Position numbers and translations under genes: made by a program. Shown piece by piece: positions 45,138 through 55,600 of a stretch of 64,000 nucleotides of DNA. The notes beneath the pieces are model-generated. The model was not told where the DNA came from, did no database searches, and saw only the letters and a program-made list of their open reading frames with translations. The DNA is from Minisyncoccota bacterium (GTDB lineage: Bacteria > Patescibacteriota > Minisyncoccia > Phycocordibacterales > CALRHW01), in NCBI GenBank assembly GCA_046350795.1, contig JAXLZT010000002.1:24293-88292 (forward strand), read 5' to 3'. The number at the start of each line of letters is the position of its first letter. Position 1 is the first letter of the stretch.

Positions 45138-45413
45138 ATGGCAAAGAAGTTATATGTTGGTGGTATTTCATACAATACTACTGACCAAGGATTATCAGAT
45201 GCGTTCGCAAAAGCAGGAACAGTTGTTTCAGCAACTATCATCACTGACAAAATGACAGGCCGATCAAAAGGCTTTGGTTTCGTAGAGATGAGTTCAGATG
45301 CAGAAGCAGATGCTGCTATCGAGATGTACAACGGAAAAGAACTCGATGGACGAAATTTGACAGTTAACGAAGCTCGACCAAAAGAAGATCGACCTCGTAA
45401 CAACTTCCGATAA
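45138..45413 (+). CDS. RRM RNA-binding protein
   Basis: KLYVGGI (RNP2), KGFGFVEM (RNP1), VNEARP. Confidence 0.95.
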   Translation: MAKKLYVGGISYNTTDQGLSDAFAKAGTVVSATIITDKMTGRSKGFGFVEMSSDAEADAAIEMYNGKELDGRNLTVNEARPKEDRPRNNFR

Positions 45414-45435
45414 TTTATTATCAGGAGTTATCTAC

Positions 45436-45468
45436 AAAAGACCGCCTTCACTGGCGGTTTTTTGTTTT
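45436..45468 (+). terminator. Intrinsic terminator
   Basis: aaaagaccgcc-ttcact-ggcggttttttg. Confidence 0.8.
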
Positions 45469-45566
45469 GTATTCTCATTTGCTTTTATATTTTTGTTAGG
45501 TATTGTTTTTAAGGCGTAAGACTTGTTCTATCCGATTTACTGGTCTACCCACTGAGGAGCCATACT

Positions 45567-45806
45567 ATGACGAGCGAAGAGCTGAGAGTCGAGACCGTCA
45601 AACCGACCAGGCTGGTGTGCAGTGTCTGTGGCACTGAGTTTGCTGCGGGGTCGCCACAGATTTGTTCGATGTGTGATCCGCCGGAATCACTGCGTGTGGG
45701 TGCATCCGGAGATATCCAATCGATCACACCGCCGATCTGTAGTGAGTCGTGTTTCAAGAGGCATTGCAAGCAACACCACTCTCGGTCCACGCGTAGTGGC
45801 GGATGA
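45567..45806 (+). CDS. Small Cys/His-rich orphan protein, putative Zn-binding
   Basis: CSVC, CSMC, CSESCFKRHCKQHH; GAGGAG SD; own terminator. Confidence 0.6.
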   Translation: MTSEELRVETVKPTRLVCSVCGTEFAAGSPQICSMCDPPESLRVGASGDIQSITPPICSESCFKRHCKQHHSRSTRSGG

Positions 45807-45826
45807 AATGGGGGGGATCGACATCT

Positions 45827-45858
45827 GAGCCCGAGCGTCAAAGACGCTCGGGCTCTTT
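45827..45858 (+). terminator. Intrinsic terminator
   Basis: gagcccgagcgtc-aaa-gacgctcgggctc-ttt. Confidence 0.8.
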
Positions 45859-45905
45859 CAATATACATTGACAATATAACAGTTTTATTATATTCTTACG
45901 TCTAT

Positions 45906-47270
45906 ATGCATCCAAAAGGATCTACAAATAAAGGCCCATTTAAAGGGCGGACATCGAGCTCGGCCCGCCCACATGGTGGTCATAGCCGTTTTGGTGTACC
46001 TAGTCGTCCGGGAGGTACTAGCTCTATAGCACCGGGAACAGGAGCGTCTTCTAGTCGTTTTTCTAGAAGTCGTGGCAATTTTAGCAACCGAGGTGCTGGC
46101 CGTGGTAGCTTTGGTGGCGGTGGATATCGTGGCGGAGGAAGGGGTCGCGGTCGCGCTGGCATGGGAGAGCGTATTGACGTCTCAAAATTTATAAACAAAA
46201 CAGTTATCTCTGAAGAAGTAGAAGTTTTTATTCCCGACCATCAGTTTGCTGATTTTCATATTAATGACACGCTAAAAAAAGCTGTTATCGCAAAAGGTTA
46301 CACTACTCCTACACCTATTCAAGACAGATCTATTCCACATATTCTAAAAGGCGCTGATCTAGTCGGTATCGCAAATACTGGTACAGGAAAAACTGCCGCT
46401 TTTCTTATTCCTCTTATAAATAAAGTTATTTTAAATCCACGTGAGCAAGTGATGGTAATAGTGCCTACACGAGAACTCGCTATACAGATAGACCAAGAGC
46501 TTAAAGGTTTTACAAAAGGAATGAAAATCTTTTCTGTGGTGGCTGTGGGCGGTGCTCCTATTGGTCCTCAGATTCGTGAGCTTAAATATCACAATCAATT
46601 TATCATCGGAACTCCGGGAAGACTAAAAGATTTGATTGATAGAAAAATGATTCGTCTTTCATTATTTAAGTCTATTGTTTTAGATGAAGCTGATCGAATG
46701 CTAGACATGGGATTTATAAATGATATGCGTCTCATAATGTCTGGTATGCCAAAAGAAAGACAAACTCTTTTCTTTTCTGCGACACTTTCTCCTGAAATTG
46801 AAAAATTGATTGGTGAGTTTTTGCGTGAGCCTGTGCGTATATCTGTAAAGACTCGTGACACTTCAAAAAACGTAGAACAAGATATAGTGCGAATACAGCG
46901 CGGAATAAACAAGCTTGATGTGCTTCACGATCTTTTAAATCAAGAGGGTTTTAGTAAAGTGCTTATCTTTGGGCGCACAAAACATGGTGTAGAAAAGCTT
47001 TCTACAGCACTTGTAGCTAAAGGTTTTAAATCAGAATCAATACACGGTGACAAAAATCATTCAAAAAGACAAAAAGCCCTAAAGCTTTTCAAAGATAACC
47101 AAGTAAAAATACTCGTAGCTACAGACGTGGCTGCTAGAGGTTTGGATATTTCAGATATTACTCATGTGATCAACTATGATTTGCCTGCAACATACGAAGA
47201 CTATGTTCATCGTATAGGCAGAACTGGTCGTGGAAGTAAAAAAGGTAAAGCTCTGACTTTTATTGAATAA
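45906..47270 (+). CDS. DEAD-box RNA helicase with N-terminal RGG-rich tail
   Basis: PTPIQ, TGTGKT, PTRELA, DEAD, SAT, HRIGRTGR. Confidence 0.95.
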   Translation: MHPKGSTNKGPFKGRTSSSARPHGGHSRFGVPSRPGGTSSIAPGTGASSSRFSRSRGNFSNRGAGRGSFGGGGYRGGGRGRGRAGMGERIDVSKFINKTVISEEVEVFIPDHQFADFHINDTLKKAVIAKGYTTPTPIQDRSIPHILKGADLVGIANTGTGKTAAFLIPLINKVILNPREQVMVIVPTRELAIQIDQELKGFTKGMKIFSVVAVGGAPIGPQIRELKYHNQFIIGTPGRLKDLIDRKMIRLSLFKSIVLDEADRMLDMGFINDMRLIMSGMPKERQTLFFSATLSPEIEKLIGEFLREPVRISVKTRDTSKNVEQDIVRIQRGINKLDVLHDLLNQEGFSKVLIFGRTKHGVEKLSTALVAKGFKSESIHGDKNHSKRQKALKLFKDNQVKILVATDVAARGLDISDITHVINYDLPATYEDYVHRIGRTGRGSKKGKALTFIE

Positions 47271-47274
47271 AAAT

Positions 47275-47460
47275 ATGGCAACTCCTGTTTTAAAAAATAA
47301 TAAAAAGCACGATATGAAGACTCTTTCAAAAAAGACTTTTCAAAGTGCTGGAAAATGGATAGAAAAGCCAAGAGTTTCAGAGATATTGGTTTGTGCTTGT
47401 GGCAATAAATATATAAAGACTCGTAAAAATCAGACTGTTTGTGTGAGATGTATGAGATAA
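47275..47460 (+). CDS. Small basic protein with CxC...CxxC (putative Zn ribbon)
   Basis: CACGNKYIKTRKNQTVCVRC; 4 nt after the helicase stop. Confidence 0.65.
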   Translation: MATPVLKNNKKHDMKTLSKKTFQSAGKWIEKPRVSEILVCACGNKYIKTRKNQTVCVRCMR

Positions 47461-47516
47461 GTGTTTTTTTCTACTTTTGATATAATGTATCTATTAGTAG
47501 TTTAGATTAAAAAAAT

Positions 47517-47870
47517 ATGGGAGTTGTTTATCTTGTAGGACACATTGTTTTTGGAGGATATTTCCTAATGAATGCATATAATCATTTGATAAAAAATAAA
47601 GGAACTATCGGATATGCGCAGTTTAAGGGGGTGAAACATGCAAAGATGAAGGTGATTGTTTCTGGCCTGCTACTACTTGTTGGAGGAGTGTGCTTTGTGG
47701 GTGGATTTAGTTATTTCTGGGGAAGTCTCGCACTACTCGTTTTCATGATCCCGGTAACTTTCAAAATGCACGCTTTTTGGAAAGAGACAGATCCTCAAGC
47801 AAAGATGAATGAGCGTGTTAGTTTCTATAAAAACATGGCTATAGTGGGTGCACTCTTGATGATGCTCTAG
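47517..47870 (+). CDS. DoxX family membrane protein
   Basis: MHAFWK...FYKNMAIVG. Confidence 0.85.
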   Translation: MGVVYLVGHIVFGGYFLMNAYNHLIKNKGTIGYAQFKGVKHAKMKVIVSGLLLLVGGVCFVGGFSYFWGSLALLVFMIPVTFKMHAFWKETDPQAKMNERVSFYKNMAIVGALLMML

Positions 47871-47971
47871 TCTATTGACTGAATAATTTTTAAATCGTAT
47901 TCTGTGGAAAGAAATGTGGCTACGTATGCCACGTTCTTTCGTTTAATGCCAACACGCCGAGGAGGTGATAA

Positions 47972-48487
47972 GTGTCTGAAGAATTTATCCGTATCAAAAC
48001 ACTCGGTCGCTTGGCACGCCTTGCCGACCAGATCATGGAACCCGTCATGCGCTTTGGTGCTGGTAAGGATGCTCAGGATGAAGCTCCGCAAGAGACTCAT
48101 CGCTGGAACAACCATCACCTGGATCGTAGTCTGATTAGGCTTTTGGACATACATCCCAAAAAGCTTGTGTCGGTCTGCGGTGATCCAGACGCCTGTCGGA
48201 GAGGAGCCTTTCGTTTCCACATGCCGAGATTTGGTGGATGGAGGAGGTATGTGGTGATCTCACCTGTGCCTGATTCGTCACTGAAGCCTTGGTACATCGG
48301 CTGGATTTCGGACGAAGTCTTTGGAGTCTCTCGACTGCCACTGTACGGTCCTGTGCGTGTACTGAGGGGGCCTCAAACCACCCACTTTTTCGGTATCTCC
48401 TCTGCTGGATCACAGATTAGGGTCCAGTGGTTTGGTGAAGGAGAGATCGGGAAGGGGGGTCCTTTTTCGAGAGTCAGACTGCGCTGA
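47972..48487 (+). CDS. Orphan hypothetical protein, GC-richer, SD-led
   Basis: TTGACT-N17-TATTCT promoter, AGGAGGTGA before a GTG start, downstream terminator. Confidence 0.65.
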   Translation: MSEEFIRIKTLGRLARLADQIMEPVMRFGAGKDAQDEAPQETHRWNNHHLDRSLIRLLDIHPKKLVSVCGDPDACRRGAFRFHMPRFGGWRRYVVISPVPDSSLKPWYIGWISDEVFGVSRLPLYGPVRVLRGPQTTHFFGISSAGSQIRVQWFGEGEIGKGGPFSRVRLR

Positions 48488-48563
48488 GCGAGGTGGTGGG
48501 ACTACAGCTCAAGCAACGAGTGAGAGTGACCGGTGAGATAAAGGGCAAACATGAGTAAAAATG

Positions 48564-48598
48564 AGCGCCGCGACCAAAAGTCGCGGCGCTTTATCTTT
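48564..48598 (+). terminator. Intrinsic terminator
   Basis: agcgccgcgac-caaaa-gtcgcggcgct-ttatctttt. Confidence 0.8.
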
Positions 48599-48822
48599 TA
48601 TCCTTTTGTAAAAGAAAATAGATACTCAAAGTTGGTATCTATTTTCGTAATGCACAAAGTTTATGAGTCTCTTGTGATAATATCGCATGAAGTGACTGTA
48701 CTACTTCATAGCTTTTAATATTATTAATCATAGACTTTGGCATCTGGGCCGAGTCGACCTCTCTGGCTCTGTGTAGATTGTTACAAATGATTAATAAAAT
48801 ATTTATAAAGAAGCGATAAAGA

Positions 48823-49488
48823 TTATGCTAAGATTTTGTATCCTCTTCCAGGTACACTAACTATTAGATTTTTATTCATATCACGTATCTTTTTTCTAAT
48901 GTTCATTATGTGTGTTTCAATGGTATTTGAAAAAGGATTTATCTCTAGATTCCAGACGTGTTCCAATATCATTCCACGAGAAAGAACGTGCCCCTTATTT
49001 CGCATCAAGTATTCCAAAAGCGCAAACTCTTTTTTTGTAAGATAAATTTCCTTATCTTTGTAAGTTACTACTTGTTTTGTTGTCTCTAATTTTATGTTTT
49101 CTACTTGCAAAACATGACCATGTATATGTCGCGCTCTTTTCATAATGACTCTTATGCGTGCCAGTAGCTCATCAAAGGAAAATGGTTTAAGTATATAGTC
49201 ATCGGCTCCGGCATTAAAACAATCTATTTTGTCATCAAGCTCTCTGCTTTCTGAAAGAACAATGATTGGTGTATTTCTACCTATGGCTCTGATTTCTTTA
49301 CATATTTCTATTGCGTTTTTTTCTGGAAGGAAAAATTCGGATATGATCAAATCATAGTCATTGGTGCGAGCAATAAATGAAGCGTTTTTGCCATCTTCAG
49401 AGGTGTCGACAGCAAAGCAGGTGGAAAGTAAACTTATTTCCAAAAATTCTCTCATTCTTTTATCATCTTCTATTATCAATACTCTCAT
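48823..49488 (-). CDS. OmpR/PhoB family response regulator with an atypical receiver (Asp->Glu)
   Basis: LIIEDD, GADDYILKPF, LTKKEFALL, VPGRGY; DLIISE at the phosphoacceptor position. Confidence 0.9.
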   Translation of the reverse strand: MRVLIIEDDKRMREFLEISLLSTCFAVDTSEDGKNASFIARTNDYDLIISEFFLPEKNAIEICKEIRAIGRNTPIIVLSESRELDDKIDCFNAGADDYILKPFSFDELLARIRVIMKRARHIHGHVLQVENIKLETTKQVVTYKDKEIYLTKKEFALLEYLMRNKGHVLSRGMILEHVWNLEINPFSNTIETHIMNIRKKIRDMNKNLIVSVPGRGYKILA

Positions 49489-49653
49489 ATAGGCCTTGTA
49501 CCAAAAATTGGCCAAGATATTAGAGTAGCTTTTTGAAAAATAATGGTCAAGGTAAAATGTGGATAATTTCTTTATAATTTTTTTATATAGTTTTTAATCG
49601 TTTATTATTATGTTATTGTGGTATTAATAATTTATGAAAAAACCACAAATTTT

Positions 49654-52600
49654 ATGAAAAATCTCTTATTTATTGGGGCAAGAGGGCAAAAACACAGTCT
49701 TTTATCAAGGTTTTTTATTAAATCGACAGCAGGGCTGTTGATTTTTTTATTTGCTTTTCCGGTGGGGGTAGTTTGGGGAGAAGATCACAGTATCGATAAA
49801 AACCACAACAGATCAGCTGAAAAAACAGATACAATAAAACCATCAGACCCAGAAAAACACGATGTTGGTGTTGTACCAACTATATCTGAAGTAGCTCCAT
49901 CTCATAGATCAAAAAAGGATTCTAGAGATGAATCTGATAAGGAGGTGGTTCCACAGTTATTGCTTGATGAAGATGCAAATAATATAGTAGAAAATCCTAG
50001 TTCAATAAAAAGTTTATTGCCTGACGTTGATACTTTTTCTGGATCTCTTGTTTATAAATATCCAATAGTTTTGCCAGCTGGTCGCAACGGTCTTACCCCA
50101 AGTCTTGATCTTACATACAATAGTGGTTTGTCATTAAATAATAGTATTTCTGGATACAACTGGTCTCTTTCTATTCCTTTTATAGAACGTATAAACAGAA
50201 AAGGTGCTGACAAGCTTTACTCAAGGAATGATTTTGTATCGTCTCTTTCAGGTGAGCTTGTAGCAGAAAATGGTACCACTAAATATACAGCAAAAGTTGA
50301 TGAAGGTTCTTTTCTAGATTATACATTCACAAATGATACTTGGACTGCTGTAGATAAACAGGGAACAAAATATACTTTCGGCTCTACTACTCAGTCACGT
50401 TTAAACAATGCTTCTAACGCATCAGAAACTTATCGTTGGATGGTGGAAGAGATTCGTGATAAAAATGACAATTTCATTAGATTTGAGTATGAAAAAGACA
50501 GTAATCAAATCTATCCTTCAAATATTTTTTATACAGGATATGGAAGTACGGACGGTATTTTTGAAGTAAATTTTAATTATGAAAATAGAGAAGATGAAAC
50601 CAATAGTTTTGCATCAAGATTTGAGATGGTTACTTCAAGGCGTCTTGAGAACATAGAAATAAATATAAACGGTGTTTTATCAAAGAAATATTCTTTAGCA
50701 TACATCGCTGGTCACAACACCGTCAGATCTTTATTAAAATCAATCACTGTGTCGGCTGGAACCACCACATTGCCTGCAACGGAATTTGAATATCAGACTA
50801 TACCAAAAAAATTAGAATTTAAACCTGATGTTTTTCAGTCACCATCATTTTACAGGCCATCTACATCAGATTATGCTTTTATTGAATTAAAAGAGAGTCC
50901 TGAATCTACAAATAGACTTGTTGATGTCAACGGCGATGGTCTTTTGGATTTTATACGTACTTCTAATAGCGAAAACAGTGATGGTATTGTTCATGACATA
51001 AATAATGATTTGCCTCGCGTTTTCCTAAACACAGGTCATAGTTGGGAATTTAATCCAGATAAATACCAGTTACCTTCTTATTACCGACCTAGTACAAATG
51101 ATTATAAGTATATGGTTCTAAATGATGTCAATAAACTCATTGATGTTAACGGGGACAATTTACCAGATTTTATTCATACTTCAGATGTAGCTGATGCTGA
51201 TGGTGTGATCACTAACAACAATGATGGTTTCCCGAGAGTCTATTTAAATACTGGTAATGGTTGGGAATTTAATCCAGATAAATATCAATTACCTTCTTAT
51301 TACCGACCTAGTACAAATGATTATTTTTTCTTTCAGACAAAAGAAGAGGAGCACGATGTTACGCAGATAATAGATGTCAACGGTGATGGGCTACCAGATT
51401 TTGTGCGTACATCCGACGATGAGGATGCTGATGGTGTTGTTCTTAACAATAACAACTCTGCTCCTCGTGTATATCTAAATACTGGTAACGGTTGGGAATT
51501 TAATCCAAATAAATATCAACTTCCTGTTTATTACAGACCTAGTACAAATGATTATTATTTTATGGCACTTAAATCTGTCCCAGGATCTACAAACAGACTT
51601 ATTGATGTCAATGGTGATGGGTTAGTAGATTTTTTGAGAACAAATGACACTGAGGATGCTGATGGAGTTGTTTTAAATAACAACGGTGATGCACCACGTG
51701 TTTATCTAAATACTGGCAACGGCTGGGAATTTAATCCAGATCACTATCAGCTTCCTGTGTATTACAGACCGCCTACAAATGATTATCATTTTATGGCACT
51801 TAAGGAGTTTACACAGCTTGCTGATGTAAATGGCGACGGTTTGCCAGATTTTGTCCGTACAGACGATGGTGAGCATGCGACGGGTGTTATAACAAATCTA
51901 AATGGTGATGGTCCACGTGTTTATCTAAACACAGGAAATGGTTGGAAGTTTGATCCCGATTTGTATCAGTGGCCGGCATTTTACAAGCCAGCTACAAACA
52001 ATTATGAGTGGAGAGCTTTGAAGACTAGTAATCAGCTCATAGATATAAACGGTGATAATCTATTGGATTTTGTGCGCACATCTGCTGGTGAGGATGCTGA
52101 TGGACTAATACTTAATAATAATGGTGATGGATCTCGTGTATATATAAATACAGGAAAAGGTTGGGAATTTAACCCTGATTTATATCAATTACCTTCGTAT
52201 TATAGACCGTCTACATCAGACTATTATTTTATGCAACTTTCATATTACTCTAAATTTGCTGATATAAACAACGATGGATTGCAAGATTTTATTAAGACTA
52301 CAAGCGAATTTGATTCTGATGGTCTTATTCTGAATAATCTAAACGATGGTGCAAGAGTATACCAGAATGTTGGGGAAACCGCTGATTATTTAGCAGCTGT
52401 TATTTTTCCAGAGGGTGGAGAGGCACATTTCGATTATCAACTTGAAATAATAAACGGCAGAAATCCAAGTAGTCCATATTATTCTCAAAATGTTTCTGTG
52501 CTTAAAGATATTGTCATAGATGATGGTCTGGGGAATCTAGCAACAAGTACATATAAGTACAAAGATGGAGAGTATTTTTATCATAACGATCCATTTAAAC

Positions 52601-55600
52601 AATTTACAGGATTCAGTAAGGTAGAAAAAACAGACGCTCTAGGGAATTTAACAAAATCATATTTCCATCAAGGTAACGCTTCAGCTACAAGTACCGGTGA
52701 ATACGATGATCACATTTCAAAAATGGGAAAGATGTATCGCACAGAGCAGTACGATGCAAACGGCAATCTTTTTTCAAAGACCATAAATAAGTGGGATCAC
52801 TTTGATACTTTGACTGCTGCGGGTGCGACTTCTACTTTTGTAAAACTCGTAGATACTGTGGAGTTTGCATATGACGGAGATTCTGATCATAGAGAGAAAG
52901 CAGAAAGTTATGCGTATGATAATACCAATGGTAATTTGTCACAAAAAATATCTTGGGGTGAGGTAAATGGTAATAATGATGGCACTTTTTCAGATACTGG
53001 AAGCGACAAAACTACGACTAGTATGACATATGCCACAAGCTCAACTACCAGTGTTTTACCATCAAGCTTCTTACCGTCTCGTGAACTCGTTGTCGATCAA
53101 TATGGCGCTGTAGTACGTGATACAAAATCATATTATGACAATCTCTCTTTTGGATTAATAGATAAAGGTAATCTAACAAAGCAGGAAATGCTAAAAAGTG
53201 GTTCGTCATATATCGATGTAGAAAAGATCTACAATAGCTACGGTCTTGTGACACAGGAAAAAGATCCACGCGATAAAGCAACGAGTTACTCATACGATCC
53301 TTTCAACTTATATCCAGCAACTACTACAAATCCTATAGGACAAACGACGAATGCTTTGTATGATTATTCGTCAGGCAAGCCAAAGCAGATTACAGATGCA
53401 AATGGGTGGGTGTTTCAGATAATATACGACGGTCTAGGAAGAATAATAGAAGAAAAACAGCCAGATACAGTATCGCCCGCAACTCTTGTTACAAAATCCT
53501 CCTATGTTTATGAGGACGACACTTTCCCTACGAGTGTAATGAAAACGGATTATTTAAATGGCCTATCTACTTCTTCGTCTACCGTTGATTCGTATAAATA
53601 TTTTGATGGTTTGGGTCGCGTAATACAAGAGCGCCGACGTGCAGAAGATAGTAATACATATAGTGTAAAAGACACACAGTATGGTCTGACAGGACAAAAA
53701 TCTCGTGAGTCACTGCCATACTTTAGCACCGGATCTGCACGTACTAGTGCGACTGGTACAAATTCACTTTGGAACAATTTCACTTACGATGCACTTGGAA
53801 GGATAAAGACTATTGCAAACTCGGTTGGTACAATAACAAATACGTATGATGATTGGAAACTCACTGTTACCGACGCAAATGGTAAATCAAAAGATTTATA
53901 CAAAGACGCGCGGGGTAATCTGGTGCAAGTAGACGAACACAATTCTGGTGATACATATAGTACATACTATGAATGGAATCCACTTGGTAACCTGACAAAA
54001 ATAACAGATGCACTCGGTAATATTCGCAACTTCACATATGACAAATTGGGTCGTCGTTTGACAGCAGAAGATTTACACTATTCTGGCGATGGTAATTTTT
54101 CTACTTGGACCTATACATATGATGATGCTGGTAACACAACTTCTGTAGTTGATGGAAAAGGGCAAACCGTAAACCATACATATGATGATATCAACCGCGC
54201 ACTTACAGAAGACTTTACTGGTGAAAAGGGAACAGAGATTACATATGGATACGATATTTGTAGCAACGGAAAGGGAAAAATTTGTTTTGCTACTAGTACT
54301 GATGCTCTGGCTGGTAGGACGGTAGTATCATATACATATGACGCACTCGGTCGCACATCTAGTGAGGCAAAAAATATTGCTGGTACAACATACCAGACAA
54401 ATAATGAATATGATCGCTTGGGCAACCAGACACTTGTTACTACCCCAGACGGAGCGCAAATAAAATACGAATACAACTCTGGTGGAATGGTAGAAAAAAT
54501 AGCTCGTAAGGGAGCGGGAGCGGGTTCATTTGTAAATGTGGTTGAGGATTTTGACTACTCTCCAGAAGGAAAAATAGTATATCAAAACAATCACAATGAA
54601 ACTGCGACAACAAATACATATGATGCTAGTCACCTGTATCGTCTAACTGATAAATTTACCGATGGACCAGCATGGGGCATCACAAATGTCCTTCAGGATT
54701 TGCACTATACATATGACAATGTAGGCAATATCACACAGTTGTCTGATACTTCAGAAACAAACAACAGTAAAACTATAGTTTACACTTATGACGATCTTTC
54801 ACGGCTCACTATGGCTTCTAGTACTGCTGTGGGTGACGGTCCAGCATACAAAGAGACTTACACATATAACGCCATCGGCAACATTCTTACAAAAAGTGAC
54901 TTAGGTACATATCTATATTCCGGTGCCACATCTACTACTCTCTTTACCAATCCTCACGCTGTCACGTCTGTAAACGGTACAGCGTACACCTACGACCGCA
55001 ATGGCAATACCACACAGGCAGGTACGGCCACAAGTAGCTGGAACTATAGAAACCAAATGATAAGTATGAAAGTGGGAGCGACTACCACCACCTACGTCTA
55101 CGACCATACGGGTGATCGTGTAAAATACACTAACAAACTTTCTACTATCGTATATCCCAACAAGCTATACAACATAGAGATACCAGTTGGTACTTCTACT
55201 ATGGCTACTACCACCGCAAGTCATATTTTCCTAGGTGACACCATGATAGCTACAGTAGAAAAGGTGGGTACTACCACAGAAGCTATACACTACATACACA
55301 CAGATCATCTCTCGGGTGCCAACATATCTACAGACAAAGACGGCCTTGTCACTGAAATCACCGATTTCTACCCATATGGAGACCAGAGACTAAACAAGAG
55401 CTACAATGGTAACTTTAAAGAACAAAGGAAGTTTACAGGGCACGAGTATGATGAGGATACGGGGTTGAATTATATGGGGGCGAGGTATCAGAATGGGAAT
55501 ATCGGGAGGTTTATGAGTGAGGATCCGGCCTTTCTCAAATTTGACCCAAATACTTCAGAAGGAAAGATGATGTTAATGGATCCACAACATCAAAACTCCT

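Noticed and set aside
48639-48731. 30-aa minus-strand ORF (MINNIKSYEVVQSLHAILSQETHKLCALRK) with nearby hairpins
   Set aside because: Too short and no recognisable motif; cannot be told from chance.
50820-52370. CRISPR-like regularly spaced repeats
   Set aside because: In-frame coding repeats of ~230 bp with synonymous variation; no cas genes.
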